From Escherichia coli (GTDB lineage Bacteria; Pseudomonadota; Gammaproteobacteria; Enterobacterales; Enterobacteriaceae), in NCBI RefSeq assembly GCF_030013205.1, contig NZ_CP122648.1: a DNA stretch of 64,000 nucleotides; one strand, written 5' to 3'. The notes under the pieces were generated by a model. The model did no database searches, was not told the origin of the DNA, and saw only the letters and a list, made by a program, of their open reading frames with translations. Shown here one piece after another: positions 34,039 through 43,501 of the stretch (position 1 is the stretch's first letter; the number at the start of each line of letters is the position of its first letter). A program made the position numbers and the translations under genes.

Positions 34039-35925
34039 ATGTCAACCGGATTACGTTTCACACTGGAAGTGGACGGCCTGCCGCCGGATGCTTTTGCGGT
34101 GGTTTCCTTTCATCTGAACCAGTCACTCTCTTCGCTCTTTTCCCTCGATCTCTCCCTGGTCAGCCAGCAGTTTCTCTCCCTTGAATTTGCGCAGGTGCTG
34201 GACAAAATGGCCTACCTGACGATATGGCAGGGCGATGAAGTACAGCGCCGGGTGAAAGGCGTGGTGACCTGGTTTGAACTCGGGGAGAACGACAAAAACC
34301 AGATGCTGTACAGCATGAAGGTGCACCCGCCGCTGTGGCGTGCCGGTCTGCGCCAGAACTTCCGTATCTTCCAGAACGAGGACATCAAAAGCATCCTCGG
34401 CACGATGTTGCAGGAAAACGGGGTGACCGAATGGAGTCCGCTGTTCAGCGAGCCGCATCCTTCCCGTGAGTTTTGTGTCCAGTACGGTGAGACTGATTAC
34501 GATTTCCTGTGCCGGATGGCGGCGGAGGAAGGCATCTTCTTTTATGAGGAGCATGCTTACAAAAGTACCGACCAGAGCCTGGTGCTGTGCGACACAGTCC
34601 GCCATCTGCCCGAATCTTTTGAAATCCCATGGAACCCGAACACCCGTACCGAGGTGAGCACCCTCTGCATCAGCCAGTTCCGCTACAGCGCACAAATCCG
34701 CCCTTCTTCCGTGGTGACCAAAGACTACACCTTTAAACGCCCCGGCTGGGCCGGACGTTTTGAACAGGAAGGCCAGCACCAGGACTACCAGCGCACGCAG
34801 TATGAAGTGTATGACTACCCCGGACGTTTCAAGGGTGCCCACGGGCAGAACTTTGCCCGCTGGCAGATGGACGGCTGGCGAAACAATGCAGAAACCGCGC
34901 GGGGAATGAGTCGTTCGCCGGAGATATGGCCGGGACGACGAATTGTGCTGACGGGGCATCCGCAGGCGAACCTGAACCGGGAATGGCAGGTGGTGGCAAG
35001 TGAACTGCACGGCGAACAGCCACAGGCGGTGCCAGGACGGCAGGGAGCGGGGACGGCGCTGGAGAACCATTTTGCGGTGATCCCGGCAGACAGAACATGG
35101 CGACCACAGCCGTTGCTGAAACCGCTGGTCGACGGCCCGCAGAGCGCTGTCGTGACAGGACCGGCAGGCGAGGAAATCTTCTGCGACGAACATGGTCGCG
35201 TGCGGGTGAAGTTCAACTGGGACCGTTATAACCCGGCAGACCAAGACAGTTCGTGCTGGATCCGTGTGGCACAGGCGTGGGCAGGCACCGGTTTTGGCCA
35301 CCTGGCGATACCACGTGTGGGTCAGGAAGTCATTGTGGACTTCCTCAACGGCGATCCGGACCAGCCGATCATTATGGGGCGCACCTACCACCAGGAAAAC
35401 CGCCCCCCCGGCAGCCTGCCGGGAACAAAGACGCAGATGACCATCCGCTCCAAAACGTACATGGGCAGCGGATTTAATGAGCTGAAGTTTGATGATGCGA
35501 CAGGGAGAGAACAGGTCTACATCCACGCGCAGAAGAACATGGATACCGAAGTGCTCAACGACCGTACCACCACCGTAAAACACGATCACCGCGAAACCGT
35601 AAAAAATGACCAGACGGTCACGATCCAGGAAGGTAACCGCCTTCTTACGGTGGAAAAAGGCCACAAGATCACCGGAGTACTGAAAGGGTCTTTATCTGAG
35701 GATGTCTTTCAGGACAGAGGCACGATTGCCGGTTCGGTGCATGTTGACGCTGTAAACAATGGTGGCGAAGGCGACGGTATACAGGCTTATACGGCGATTA
35801 AGGAAATTTTGCTGGCCGTGGAGGAAAGCAAAATTGCGCTGACGCCGGATGGCATTCAGCTACAGGTCGGGGAATCGACGGTACCGGATCACAGGTGTCA
35901 GTCACACCGACGGGATCCGGCTTAA
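34039..35925 (+). CDS. vgrG: VgrG (Rhs-element Vgr protein / T6SS spike), 3' end replaced out of frame at a deletion junction near 35880
   Basis: 628-aa ORF with gp27/gp5-like VgrG sequence (…GRVRVKFNWDRYNPADQDSSCWIRVAQAWAG…IALTPDGIQLQVGESTV) ending in an unrelated 15-aa tail PDHRCQSHRRDPA. Confidence 0.8.
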   Translation: MSTGLRFTLEVDGLPPDAFAVVSFHLNQSLSSLFSLDLSLVSQQFLSLEFAQVLDKMAYLTIWQGDEVQRRVKGVVTWFELGENDKNQMLYSMKVHPPLWRAGLRQNFRIFQNEDIKSILGTMLQENGVTEWSPLFSEPHPSREFCVQYGETDYDFLCRMAAEEGIFFYEEHAYKSTDQSLVLCDTVRHLPESFEIPWNPNTRTEVSTLCISQFRYSAQIRPSSVVTKDYTFKRPGWAGRFEQEGQHQDYQRTQYEVYDYPGRFKGAHGQNFARWQMDGWRNNAETARGMSRSPEIWPGRRIVLTGHPQANLNREWQVVASELHGEQPQAVPGRQGAGTALENHFAVIPADRTWRPQPLLKPLVDGPQSAVVTGPAGEEIFCDEHGRVRVKFNWDRYNPADQDSSCWIRVAQAWAGTGFGHLAIPRVGQEVIVDFLNGDPDQPIIMGRTYHQENRPPGSLPGTKTQMTIRSKTYMGSGFNELKFDDATGREQVYIHAQKNMDTEVLNDRTTTVKHDHRETVKNDQTVTIQEGNRLLTVEKGHKITGVLKGSLSEDVFQDRGTIAGSVHVDAVNNGGEGDGIQAYTAIKEILLAVEESKIALTPDGIQLQVGESTVPDHRCQSHRRDPA

Positions 35926-38900
35926 ACTGACGTACCACGCCAGCGGCTACCTGAAAGCCATTCACCGCACGGATAACGGCATACAGACGCTGGCGACCTA
36001 CGAACAGGATGCGCGGGGGCGGCTGACAGAAGCGGATGCGCGGCTGGACTACCACCTGTTTTATGAGTACGACGCTGCGGACCGGATCATCCGCTGGTCC
36101 GATAACGACCAGACGTGGAGCCGTTTCACCTACGATGAACAGGGCCGGTGCGTGAATGTCACCGGGGCGGAGGGCTATTACAACGCCACGCTGGACTATG
36201 GTGACGGCTGCACCACCGTGACGGACGGCAAGGGCATTCACCGTTATTACTATGATCCTGACGGCAATATTCTGCGGGAAGCAGCGCCGGACGGCAGCAC
36301 CACCATGTATGAATGGGATGAATTCCATCACCTGCTGGCCCGTCACTCCCCTGCCGGGCGGGTGGAGAAATTTGAATACAACGCCGCACACGGTCAGTTA
36401 AGCCGTTACACGGCGGCAGACGGCGCGGAGTGGCAGTACCGCTATGATGAGCGCGGCCTGCTCAGCAACATCACCGACCCTGCCGGGCAGACGTGGACAC
36501 AGCAGTGTGATGAACGCGGCCTGCCGGTAAGTCTGGTGTCGCCACAGGGCGAAGAGACCCGGCTGGCATACACCGCTCAGGGGCTGCTGTCGGGAATATT
36601 CCGCCAGGATGAACGGCGTCTGGGCATAGAGTACGACCACCACAACCGGCCGGAAACACTCACCGACGTGATGGGCCGTGAACACCACACCGAATACAGC
36701 GGTCACGACCTGCCGGTGAAGATGCGCGGCCCCGGCGGTCAGTCAGTGCGGTTACAGTGGCAGCAGCACCATAAACTGAGCGGCATTGAACGTGCTGGAA
36801 CCGGCGCGGAAGGATTCCGCTACGACCGCCACGGCAACCTGCTGGCCTGGACGGACGGCAACGGCGTTGTCTGGACAATGGAATACGGCCCGTTTGATTT
36901 GCCGGTGGCGCGAACGGACGGTGAAGGCCACCGCTGGCAGTACCGCTACGATAAAGACACGCTGCAACTGACAGAAGTCATTAACCCGCAGGGTGAGTCA
37001 TATCTTTATGTTCTGGATAACTGCGGCCGGGTGACGGAAGAGCATGACTGGGGCGGCGTGGTCTGGCGTTACCGCTATGACGCCGATGGCCTGTGTACCG
37101 CCAGGGTCAACGGCCTGGAGGAAACCATCCTCTACAGCCGGGACGCCGCAGGCCGCCTGGCAGAAGTCATCACGCCGGAAGGCAAAACGCAGTATGCGTA
37201 TGACAAATCCGGCAGGCTTACGGGTATCTTCAGCCCGGACGGCACATCACAGCGCACCGGCTATGACGAACGCGGGCGGGTGAATGTCACCACTCAGGGC
37301 CGACGGGCCATTGAATACCACCACCCCGATGAACACACCGTCATCCGCTGTATCCTGCCACCGGAAGATGAACGCGACAGACACCCCGGTGAATCCCTGC
37401 TGAAAACCACGTACCGCTACAACGCCGCCGGAGAACTGACGGAGGTTATCCTGCCGGGGGATGAGACGCTGACGTTCAGCCGTGATGAGGCAGGACGTGA
37501 AGTGCTCCGGCACAGTAACCGGGGTTTTGCCTGTGAACAGGGCTGGAATGCAGCCGGCCAGTCTGTCAGCCAGCGCGCCGGATTTTTCCCGGAAGAAGCC
37601 ACATGGGGCGGGCTGGTTCCGTCACTGGCGCGGGAATACCGTTATGACAGCGCGGGCAATGTGTCGGCTGTCACCAGCCGGGAAGATTACGGACGGGAAA
37701 CACGGCGGGAATACCGGCTGGACCGGAACGGCCAGGTCACGGCGGTGACAGCCTCAGGCACCGGGCTGGGCTATGGCGAAGGCGATGAGTCCTATGGCTA
37801 TGACAGCTGCGGCTACCTGAAGGCGCAGTCTGCGGGCTGGCACCGGATAAGTGAAGAGACTGACCAGTATGCCGGAGGCCACCGGCTGAAACAGGCCGGA
37901 AACACGCAGTATGACTATGACGCCGCAGGCCGGATGGTCAGCCGCACCAGACACCGTGACGGCTATCGCCCGGAAACAGAGCGGTTCCGGTGGGACAGCC
38001 GTGACCAGCTGACCGGGTATTGCAGCGCACAGGGTGAGCAGTGGGAATACCGCCACGACGCCAGCGGCAGACGAACAGAGAAACGCTGCGACCGGAAGAA
38101 AATCCGCTTCACGTATCTGTGGGACGGCGACAGTATTGCGGAAATCCGGGAATACCGCGATGATAAACTGTACAGCGTACGGCACCTGGTGTTTAACGGC
38201 TTTGAGCTGATAAGCCAGCAGTTCAGCCGGGTACGGCAGGCGCATCCGTCGGTGGCCCCGCAGTGGGTGACACGGACGAATCATGCGGTGAGCGACCTGA
38301 CGGGCCGTCCGCTGATGCTCTTTAACAGTGAAGGTAAAACCGTCTGGCGACCGGGACAGACCAGCCTGTGGGGGCTGGCACTCAGCCTGCCCGCAGACAC
38401 CGGCTACCCGGACCCGCGCGGGGAACTGGACCCGGAAGCCGACCCCGGCCTGCTGTATGCGGGACAGTGGCAGGATGCAGAATCCGGGCTGTGCTATAAC
38501 CGGTTCCGGTATTACGAGCCGGAAACCGGGATGTACCTGGTGAGTGATCCGCTGGGGTTGCTGGGGGGTGAGCAGACTTACCGGTATGTGCCAAATCCGT
38601 GTGGGTGGGTTGATCCGCTGGGATTGGCTGCAAGTTCTAAAATCAGCAGTTTGATGGACTATATTGGCGATGGTCGTCGTGTTAGTGGGCATACGGGTTT
38701 CCTGGATGGGGTTCGTTTATCACGTAGTCAAATAAACAATATTGCTAAAGAAATGGAGAAGCTAGGAATTAAAGTAATAAGGAAAGCAGATAAATATTTG
38801 CCACCAAATGCTAGGGCAGCTTTTGATTATGGCCTTCGCAATATTTATCTTAGGAAAAATGCCACCTTATATGAGGTGTATCATGAAGTGATTCATGCTA

Positions 38901-39079
38901 AGCAATTTGCGAAAATTGGACGAGAAGCATACGAAGCACTAGGACGTTTATCTAGGGAGGAACACGTTCTAAATGAAATATTAAAAAGTAAAAATTTATT
39001 CAATGAAGCGGAAATAGCTCATGCCATAAAATATGTTGAGGGATTGAGAGAAAAATTCATGATGGGACTAATAAATTGA
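35849..39079 (+). CDS. Rhs protein remnant: YD-repeat core (5'-truncated, no PAAR/N-terminal region) plus a 150-aa variable C-terminal toxin domain
   Basis: 1076-aa ORF rich in YD repeats, core-end motif YVPNPCGWVDPLGL at about 38585-38626, then a low-GC C-terminal tail containing HEVIH; the only ATG is a fortuitous one inside vgrG-derived sequence. Confidence 0.8.
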   Translation: MAFSYRSGNRRYRITGVSHTDGIRLKLTYHASGYLKAIHRTDNGIQTLATYEQDARGRLTEADARLDYHLFYEYDAADRIIRWSDNDQTWSRFTYDEQGRCVNVTGAEGYYNATLDYGDGCTTVTDGKGIHRYYYDPDGNILREAAPDGSTTMYEWDEFHHLLARHSPAGRVEKFEYNAAHGQLSRYTAADGAEWQYRYDERGLLSNITDPAGQTWTQQCDERGLPVSLVSPQGEETRLAYTAQGLLSGIFRQDERRLGIEYDHHNRPETLTDVMGREHHTEYSGHDLPVKMRGPGGQSVRLQWQQHHKLSGIERAGTGAEGFRYDRHGNLLAWTDGNGVVWTMEYGPFDLPVARTDGEGHRWQYRYDKDTLQLTEVINPQGESYLYVLDNCGRVTEEHDWGGVVWRYRYDADGLCTARVNGLEETILYSRDAAGRLAEVITPEGKTQYAYDKSGRLTGIFSPDGTSQRTGYDERGRVNVTTQGRRAIEYHHPDEHTVIRCILPPEDERDRHPGESLLKTTYRYNAAGELTEVILPGDETLTFSRDEAGREVLRHSNRGFACEQGWNAAGQSVSQRAGFFPEEATWGGLVPSLAREYRYDSAGNVSAVTSREDYGRETRREYRLDRNGQVTAVTASGTGLGYGEGDESYGYDSCGYLKAQSAGWHRISEETDQYAGGHRLKQAGNTQYDYDAAGRMVSRTRHRDGYRPETERFRWDSRDQLTGYCSAQGEQWEYRHDASGRRTEKRCDRKKIRFTYLWDGDSIAEIREYRDDKLYSVRHLVFNGFELISQQFSRVRQAHPSVAPQWVTRTNHAVSDLTGRPLMLFNSEGKTVWRPGQTSLWGLALSLPADTGYPDPRGELDPEADPGLLYAGQWQDAESGLCYNRFRYYEPETGMYLVSDPLGLLGGEQTYRYVPNPCGWVDPLGLAASSKISSLMDYIGDGRRVSGHTGFLDGVRLSRSQINNIAKEMEKLGIKVIRKADKYLPPNARAAFDYGLRNIYLRKNATLYEVYHEVIHAKQFAKIGREAYEALGRLSREEHVLNEILKSKNLFNEAEIAHAIKYVEGLREKFMMGLIN

Positions 39080-39327
39080 TAAAACATAACAAAATAACTA
39101 TCGAAATGGCTCTTGACTTGGCTCGGCGTGAGTTAGAGTTAAGGGAAATTCCTTATATTAAAAATAGTCTACATGCCAATTACAGCTATAAATCTATTAG
39201 TATTGGTTCTAAGCAAGGTTGGTTAATTTCAGCGAAATTAAAAGTCCCTGAAACTTTTGAGCCTGATATGATATTTATTGAGATATCTGACCCAGAAGGT
39301 TTTATTAATATTCCTGATGTATTATAA
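39076..39327 (+). CDS. candidate Rhs immunity protein (small acidic protein encoded directly after the rhs CT)
   Basis: 83-codon ORF overlapping the rhs stop (TTGA); low-GC like the CT domain; start ambiguous (TTG at 39076 or ATG at 39106). Confidence 0.55.
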   Translation: MIKHNKITIEMALDLARRELELREIPYIKNSLHANYSYKSISIGSKQGWLISAKLKVPETFEPDMIFIEISDPEGFINIPDVL

Positions 39328-39441
39328 ACTACGTTAGAGGTTTTGTTATAAGGTAATCGGTTTCTTTACAGACCGCTGGCGTACATCGCACAGAGGCTGC
39401 TAACAGGGATATTCCTGCCTGGATGAACGCAAGGCAAGATC

Positions 39442-39753
39442 ATGGAAATAGTGATATACATCACTATTTCCATCCTGATTTTAGCTATCGCATTAATAAA
39501 ACAGCGGATGTTAGCCAATATCGAAACCAGTAACCCGTATCACGCCCAGTACATCCTGCGCCGCCGCGATGATTACCTGGTGCTGTTCGACCGTGATGCC
39601 CTGAGCTGCCGCTTCTTTTATGACGCCTTTCCGGGAATGCGTCTGCGCCACCAGGTGACCGGCGATACCGACGATGACCGCCTGGCACACAGCCCCGCAG
39701 ACCGGATGTATACAGGGAAAGATCATCAGAAGTACACTTTTTGTACTAAATAA
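39442..39753 (+). CDS. hypothetical small protein, possibly a chimeric or orphan fragment
   Basis: 103-codon ORF: hydrophobic AT-rich N-terminus joined to a GC-rich 3' portion (39530-39720) that looks displaced from another gene. Confidence 0.3.
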   Translation: MEIVIYITISILILAIALIKQRMLANIETSNPYHAQYILRRRDDYLVLFDRDALSCRFFYDAFPGMRLRHQVTGDTDDDRLAHSPADRMYTGKDHQKYTFCTK

Positions 39754-39779
39754 TTCACATTTTATGTTTAAAAATTGAG

Positions 39780-41060
39780 ATATTCCTCATTACCTGAAGC
39801 TGTTTTTTATTGCTTATACATGATCAAATACTCCTTACATAATTAAGGAGAACAAAATGGAACTTAAAAAATTGATGGAACATATTTCTATTATTCCCGA
39901 TTACAGACAAGCCTGGAAAGTGGAACATAAATTATCGGATATTCTATTGTTGACTATTTGTGCCGTTATTTCTGGTGCGGAAGATTGGGAAGATATAGAG
40001 GATTTTGGGGAAACACATCTCGATTTTTTGAAGCAATATGGTGATTTTGAAAATGGTATTCCTGTTCACGATACCATTGCCAGAGTTGTATCCTGTATCA
40101 GTCCTGCAAAATTTCACGAGTGCTTTATTAACTGGATGCGTGACTGCCATTCTTCAGATGATAAAGACGTCATTGCAATTGATGGAAAAACGCTCCGGCA
40201 CTCTTATGACAAGAGTCGCCGCAGGGGAGCGATTCATGTCATTAGTGCGTTCTCAACAATGCACAGTCTGGTCATCGGACAGATCAGGACGGATGAGAAA
40301 TCCAATGAGATTACAGCTATCCCAGAACTTCTTAACATGCTGGATATTAAAGGAAAAATCATCACAACTGATGCGATGGGTTGCCAGAAAGATATTGCAG
40401 AGAAGATACAAAAACAGGGAGGTGATTATTTATTCGCGGTAAAAGGAAACCAGGGGCGGCTAAATAAAGCCTTCGAGGAAAAATTTCCGCTGAAAGAATT
40501 AAATAATCCAGAGCATGACAGTTACGCAATGAGTGAAAAGAGTCACGGCAGAGAAGAAATCCGTCTTCACATTGTTTGCGATGTCCCTGATGAACTTATT
40601 GATTTCACGTTTGAATGGAAAGGTCTGAAGAAATTATGCGTGGCAGTCTCCTTTCGGTCAATAATAGCAGAACAAAAGAAAGAGCCAGAAATGACGGTCA
40701 GATATTATATTAGTTCTGCTGATTTAACCGCAGAGAAGTTCGCCACAGCAATCCGAAACCACTGGCACGTGGAGAATAAGCTGCACTGGCGTCTGGACGT
40801 GGTAATGAATGAAGACGACTGCAAAATAAGAAGAGGAAATGCAGCAGAATTATTTTCAGGGATACGGCACATCGCTATTAATATTTTGACGAATGATAAG
40901 GTATTCAAGGCAGGGTTAAGACGTAAGATGCGAAAAGCAGCCATGGACAGAAACTATCTGGCGTCAGTCCTTGCGGGGAGCGGGCTTTCGTAATCTTGCC
41001 CTGCCTGCTCACCTCCTCCAGGCACTTCCACTACATGATGACCTGCTCGGTGCCACCGCT
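39780..41060 (+). mobile_element. H-repeat (ISAs1-family) insertion element; boundaries approximate
   Basis: Contains the 378-aa H-repeat-associated transposase ORF typical of Rhs-linked H-rpt elements; terminal repeats not resolved. Confidence 0.5.
39857..40993 (+). CDS. H-repeat-associated protein / ISAs1-family transposase
   Basis: 378-aa [54 protein letters not shown]… recognised as the YhhI/YdcC/YbfD H-rpt protein family. Confidence 0.85.
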   Translation: MELKKLMEHISIIPDYRQAWKVEHKLSDILLLTICAVISGAEDWEDIEDFGETHLDFLKQYGDFENGIPVHDTIARVVSCISPAKFHECFINWMRDCHSSDDKDVIAIDGKTLRHSYDKSRRRGAIHVISAFSTMHSLVIGQIRTDEKSNEITAIPELLNMLDIKGKIITTDAMGCQKDIAEKIQKQGGDYLFAVKGNQGRLNKAFEEKFPLKELNNPEHDSYAMSEKSHGREEIRLHIVCDVPDELIDFTFEWKGLKKLCVAVSFRSIIAEQKKEPEMTVRYYISSADLTAEKFATAIRNHWHVENKLHWRLDVVMNEDDCKIRRGNAAELFSGIRHIAINILTNDKVFKAGLRRKMRKAAMDRNYLASVLAGSGLS

Positions 41061-41263
41061 CCTTTTCACTATGACGTTAACCTCCCTGTCCCAGGACACC
41101 ATGCTTTTGTCTACATTCTACGCAAACGGCAACTTTTATAACCAGTGTAAAAATAACGTGCCGCAATAGTCATACCTATTAATGGTAAAAAGCTGTCACA
41201 ATTCATAAAAAACCTTAATATACGCCACCCTAAACATAACCAGCGTTAATGTAAGGTTTTTGT

Positions 41264-43501
41264 GTGGACTGGCTTCTTGATGTTTTTGCTACCTGGCTCT
41301 ACGGCTTAAAAGTAATCGCGATAACGTTAGCGGTCATCATGTTCATCAGCGGGCTGGACGATTTTTTTATTGATGTCGTCTACTGGGTACGCCGCATTAA
41401 ACGCAAGTTGAGTGTTTATCGCCGCTACCCGCGAATGAGTTACCGCGAACTGTATAAACCAGATGAAAAACCGTTAGCGATTATGGTTCCGGCGTGGAAT
41501 GAAACGGGCGTCATCGGCAATATGGCCGAGCTGGCGGCGACCACGCTCGACTATGAAAACTATCATATCTTTGTTGGCACCTACCCCAACGACCCCGATA
41601 CTCAGCGTGATGTTGACGAAGTGTGCGCTCGCTTCCCGAATGTGCATAAGGTAGTCTGCGCGCGACCTGGCCCCACCAGCAAAGCCGACTGCCTGAACAA
41701 CGTGCTGGACGCCATCACCCAGTTTGAGCGTAGCGCCAATTTCGCTTTTGCTGGTTTTATTCTGCATGACGCCGAAGATGTGATTTCACCGATGGAATTG
41801 CGTCTGTTCAACTATCTGGTCGAGCGTAAAGATCTGATTCAGATCCCGGTGTATCCGTTCGAACGCGAATGGACGCACTTCACCAGCATGACTTACATTG
41901 ATGAGTTTTCAGAACTGCATGGCAAAGATGTTCCGGTGCGTGAAGCCCTCGCCGGACAAGTGCCCAGCGCAGGCGTCGGTACCTGTTTCAGCCGCCGCGC
42001 CGTGACCGCACTGTTAGCTGACGGTGACGGTATTGCTTTCGACGTGCAGAGTCTTACTGAAGATTACGACATTGGTTTCCGCCTGAAAGAAAAAGGTATG
42101 ACGGAAATTTTTGTCCGTTTTCCGGTGGTGGACGAAGCCAAAGAACGCGAGCAGCGTAAATTTTTACAGCACGCGCGGACGTCAAACATGATCTGCGTGC
42201 GCGAATATTTCCCCGATACCTTTTCGACTGCGGTTCGACAAAAATCTCGCTGGATCATCGGCATTGTTTTCCAGGGCTTTAAAACCCACAAATGGACCTC
42301 CAGCCTGACGCTGAACTACTTTCTCTGGCGCGACCGCAAAGGGGCAATCAGTAACTTTGTCAGCTTCCTCGCGATGCTGGTGATGATCCAGCTTTTGCTG
42401 TTACTGGCGTATGAAAGTTTGTGGCCCGATGCCTGGCATTTCCTTTCTATTTTCAGCGGCAGCGCATGGTTAATGACCCTGCTGTGGCTAAACTTTGGTT
42501 TAATGGTTAACCGCATCGTGCAGCGGGTGATTTTTGTCACTGGCTACTACGGTCTGACGCAGGGGCTGCTATCTGTCCTGCGTCTTTTCTGGGGCAACCT
42601 GATTAACTTCATGGCCAACTGGCGCGCGTTAAAACAGGTACTTCAACACGGCGATCCACGTCGCGTCGCGTGGGATAAAACAACGCATGACTTCCCCAGC
42701 GTGACTGGCGATACCCGCTCGTTGCGTCCGTTAGGTCAAATCCTGCTGGAAAATCAGGTCATCACTGAAGAACAACTCGATACAGCACTGCGTAATCGCG
42801 TCGAAGGTCTACGCCTGGGCGGTTCAATGCTGATGCAGGGGCTGATTAGCGCCGAACAGCTGGCACAGGCGCTGGCAGAGCAAAACAGCGTGGCGTGGGA
42901 GTCGATCGACGCCTGGCAGATCCCTTCATCACTGATTGCCGAAATGCCGGCCTCCGTGGCGCTGCATTATGCAGTGCTGCCGCTGCGTCTGGAAAATGAT
43001 GAGTTAATTGTCGGCAGTGAAGATGGTATTGACCCGGTTTCGCTGGCAGCCCTGACGCGTAAAGTCGGACGCAAAGTGCGTTACGTCATTGTTCTGCGGG
43101 GACAAATTGTCACGGGGTTACGCCACTGGTATGCGCGCCGACGCGGTCACGATCCGCGGGCAATGTTGTACAATGCGGTTCAGCATCAGTGGCTCACGGA
43201 ACAGCAGGCCGGTGAAATCTGGCGGCAATATGTGCCGCATCAGTTCCTGTTCGCCGAAATACTGACCACGCTCGGTCATATTAATCGTTCAGCAATTAAC
43301 GTGTTGTTATTGCGCCATGAACGTAGTTCTCTGCCGCTCGGCAAGTTTTTGGTCACCGAAGGCGTTATCAGCCAGGAAACGTTGGATCGCGTCCTGACAA
43401 TTCAACGCGAATTACAAGTTTCGATGCAATCACTATTACTCAAAGCAGGTTTAAACACAGAACAGGTTGCGCAACTGGAGTCCGAAAATGAAGGAGAATA
43501 A
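41264..43501 (+). CDS. nfrB: NfrB (phage N4 adsorption protein B; family-2 glycosyltransferase with c-di-GMP-binding C-terminal domain)
   Basis: 745-aa ORF with GTG start, MDWLLDVFATWLYGLKVIAITLAVIMF…. Confidence 0.93.
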   Translation: MDWLLDVFATWLYGLKVIAITLAVIMFISGLDDFFIDVVYWVRRIKRKLSVYRRYPRMSYRELYKPDEKPLAIMVPAWNETGVIGNMAELAATTLDYENYHIFVGTYPNDPDTQRDVDEVCARFPNVHKVVCARPGPTSKADCLNNVLDAITQFERSANFAFAGFILHDAEDVISPMELRLFNYLVERKDLIQIPVYPFEREWTHFTSMTYIDEFSELHGKDVPVREALAGQVPSAGVGTCFSRRAVTALLADGDGIAFDVQSLTEDYDIGFRLKEKGMTEIFVRFPVVDEAKEREQRKFLQHARTSNMICVREYFPDTFSTAVRQKSRWIIGIVFQGFKTHKWTSSLTLNYFLWRDRKGAISNFVSFLAMLVMIQLLLLLAYESLWPDAWHFLSIFSGSAWLMTLLWLNFGLMVNRIVQRVIFVTGYYGLTQGLLSVLRLFWGNLINFMANWRALKQVLQHGDPRRVAWDKTTHDFPSVTGDTRSLRPLGQILLENQVITEEQLDTALRNRVEGLRLGGSMLMQGLISAEQLAQALAEQNSVAWESIDAWQIPSSLIAEMPASVALHYAVLPLRLENDELIVGSEDGIDPVSLAALTRKVGRKVRYVIVLRGQIVTGLRHWYARRRGHDPRAMLYNAVQHQWLTEQQAGEIWRQYVPHQFLFAEILTTLGHINRSAINVLLLRHERSSLPLGKFLVTEGVISQETLDRVLTIQRELQVSMQSLLLKAGLNTEQVAQLESENEGE

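Larger units (their letters stand above)
33289..41263. other. ~8 kb accessory island between cusS and nfrB (AT-rich leader, vgrG, rhs remnant, toxin/immunity module, H-repeat element)
   Basis: cusS and nfrB are adjacent in K-12 as I recall; the intervening DNA has sharp GC-content discontinuities and Rhs/IS content. Confidence 0.75.

Noticed and set aside
34123-35664. 513-codon minus-strand ORF antisense to vgrG
   Set aside because: Shadow ORF in GC-rich coding DNA; its translation is low-complexity (R/A/H/V rich), while the sense-strand VgrG sequence is clearly protein-like
37754-38692. 312-codon minus-strand ORF antisense to the rhs core
   Set aside because: Shadow ORF in GC-rich YD-repeat DNA with no protein-like features
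35849-39079. Full-length, T6SS-deliverable Rhs effector
   Set aside because: The ORF lacks about 270 N-terminal residues including any PAAR region, and its 5' end is vgrG sequence read out of frame; called an rhs remnant instead
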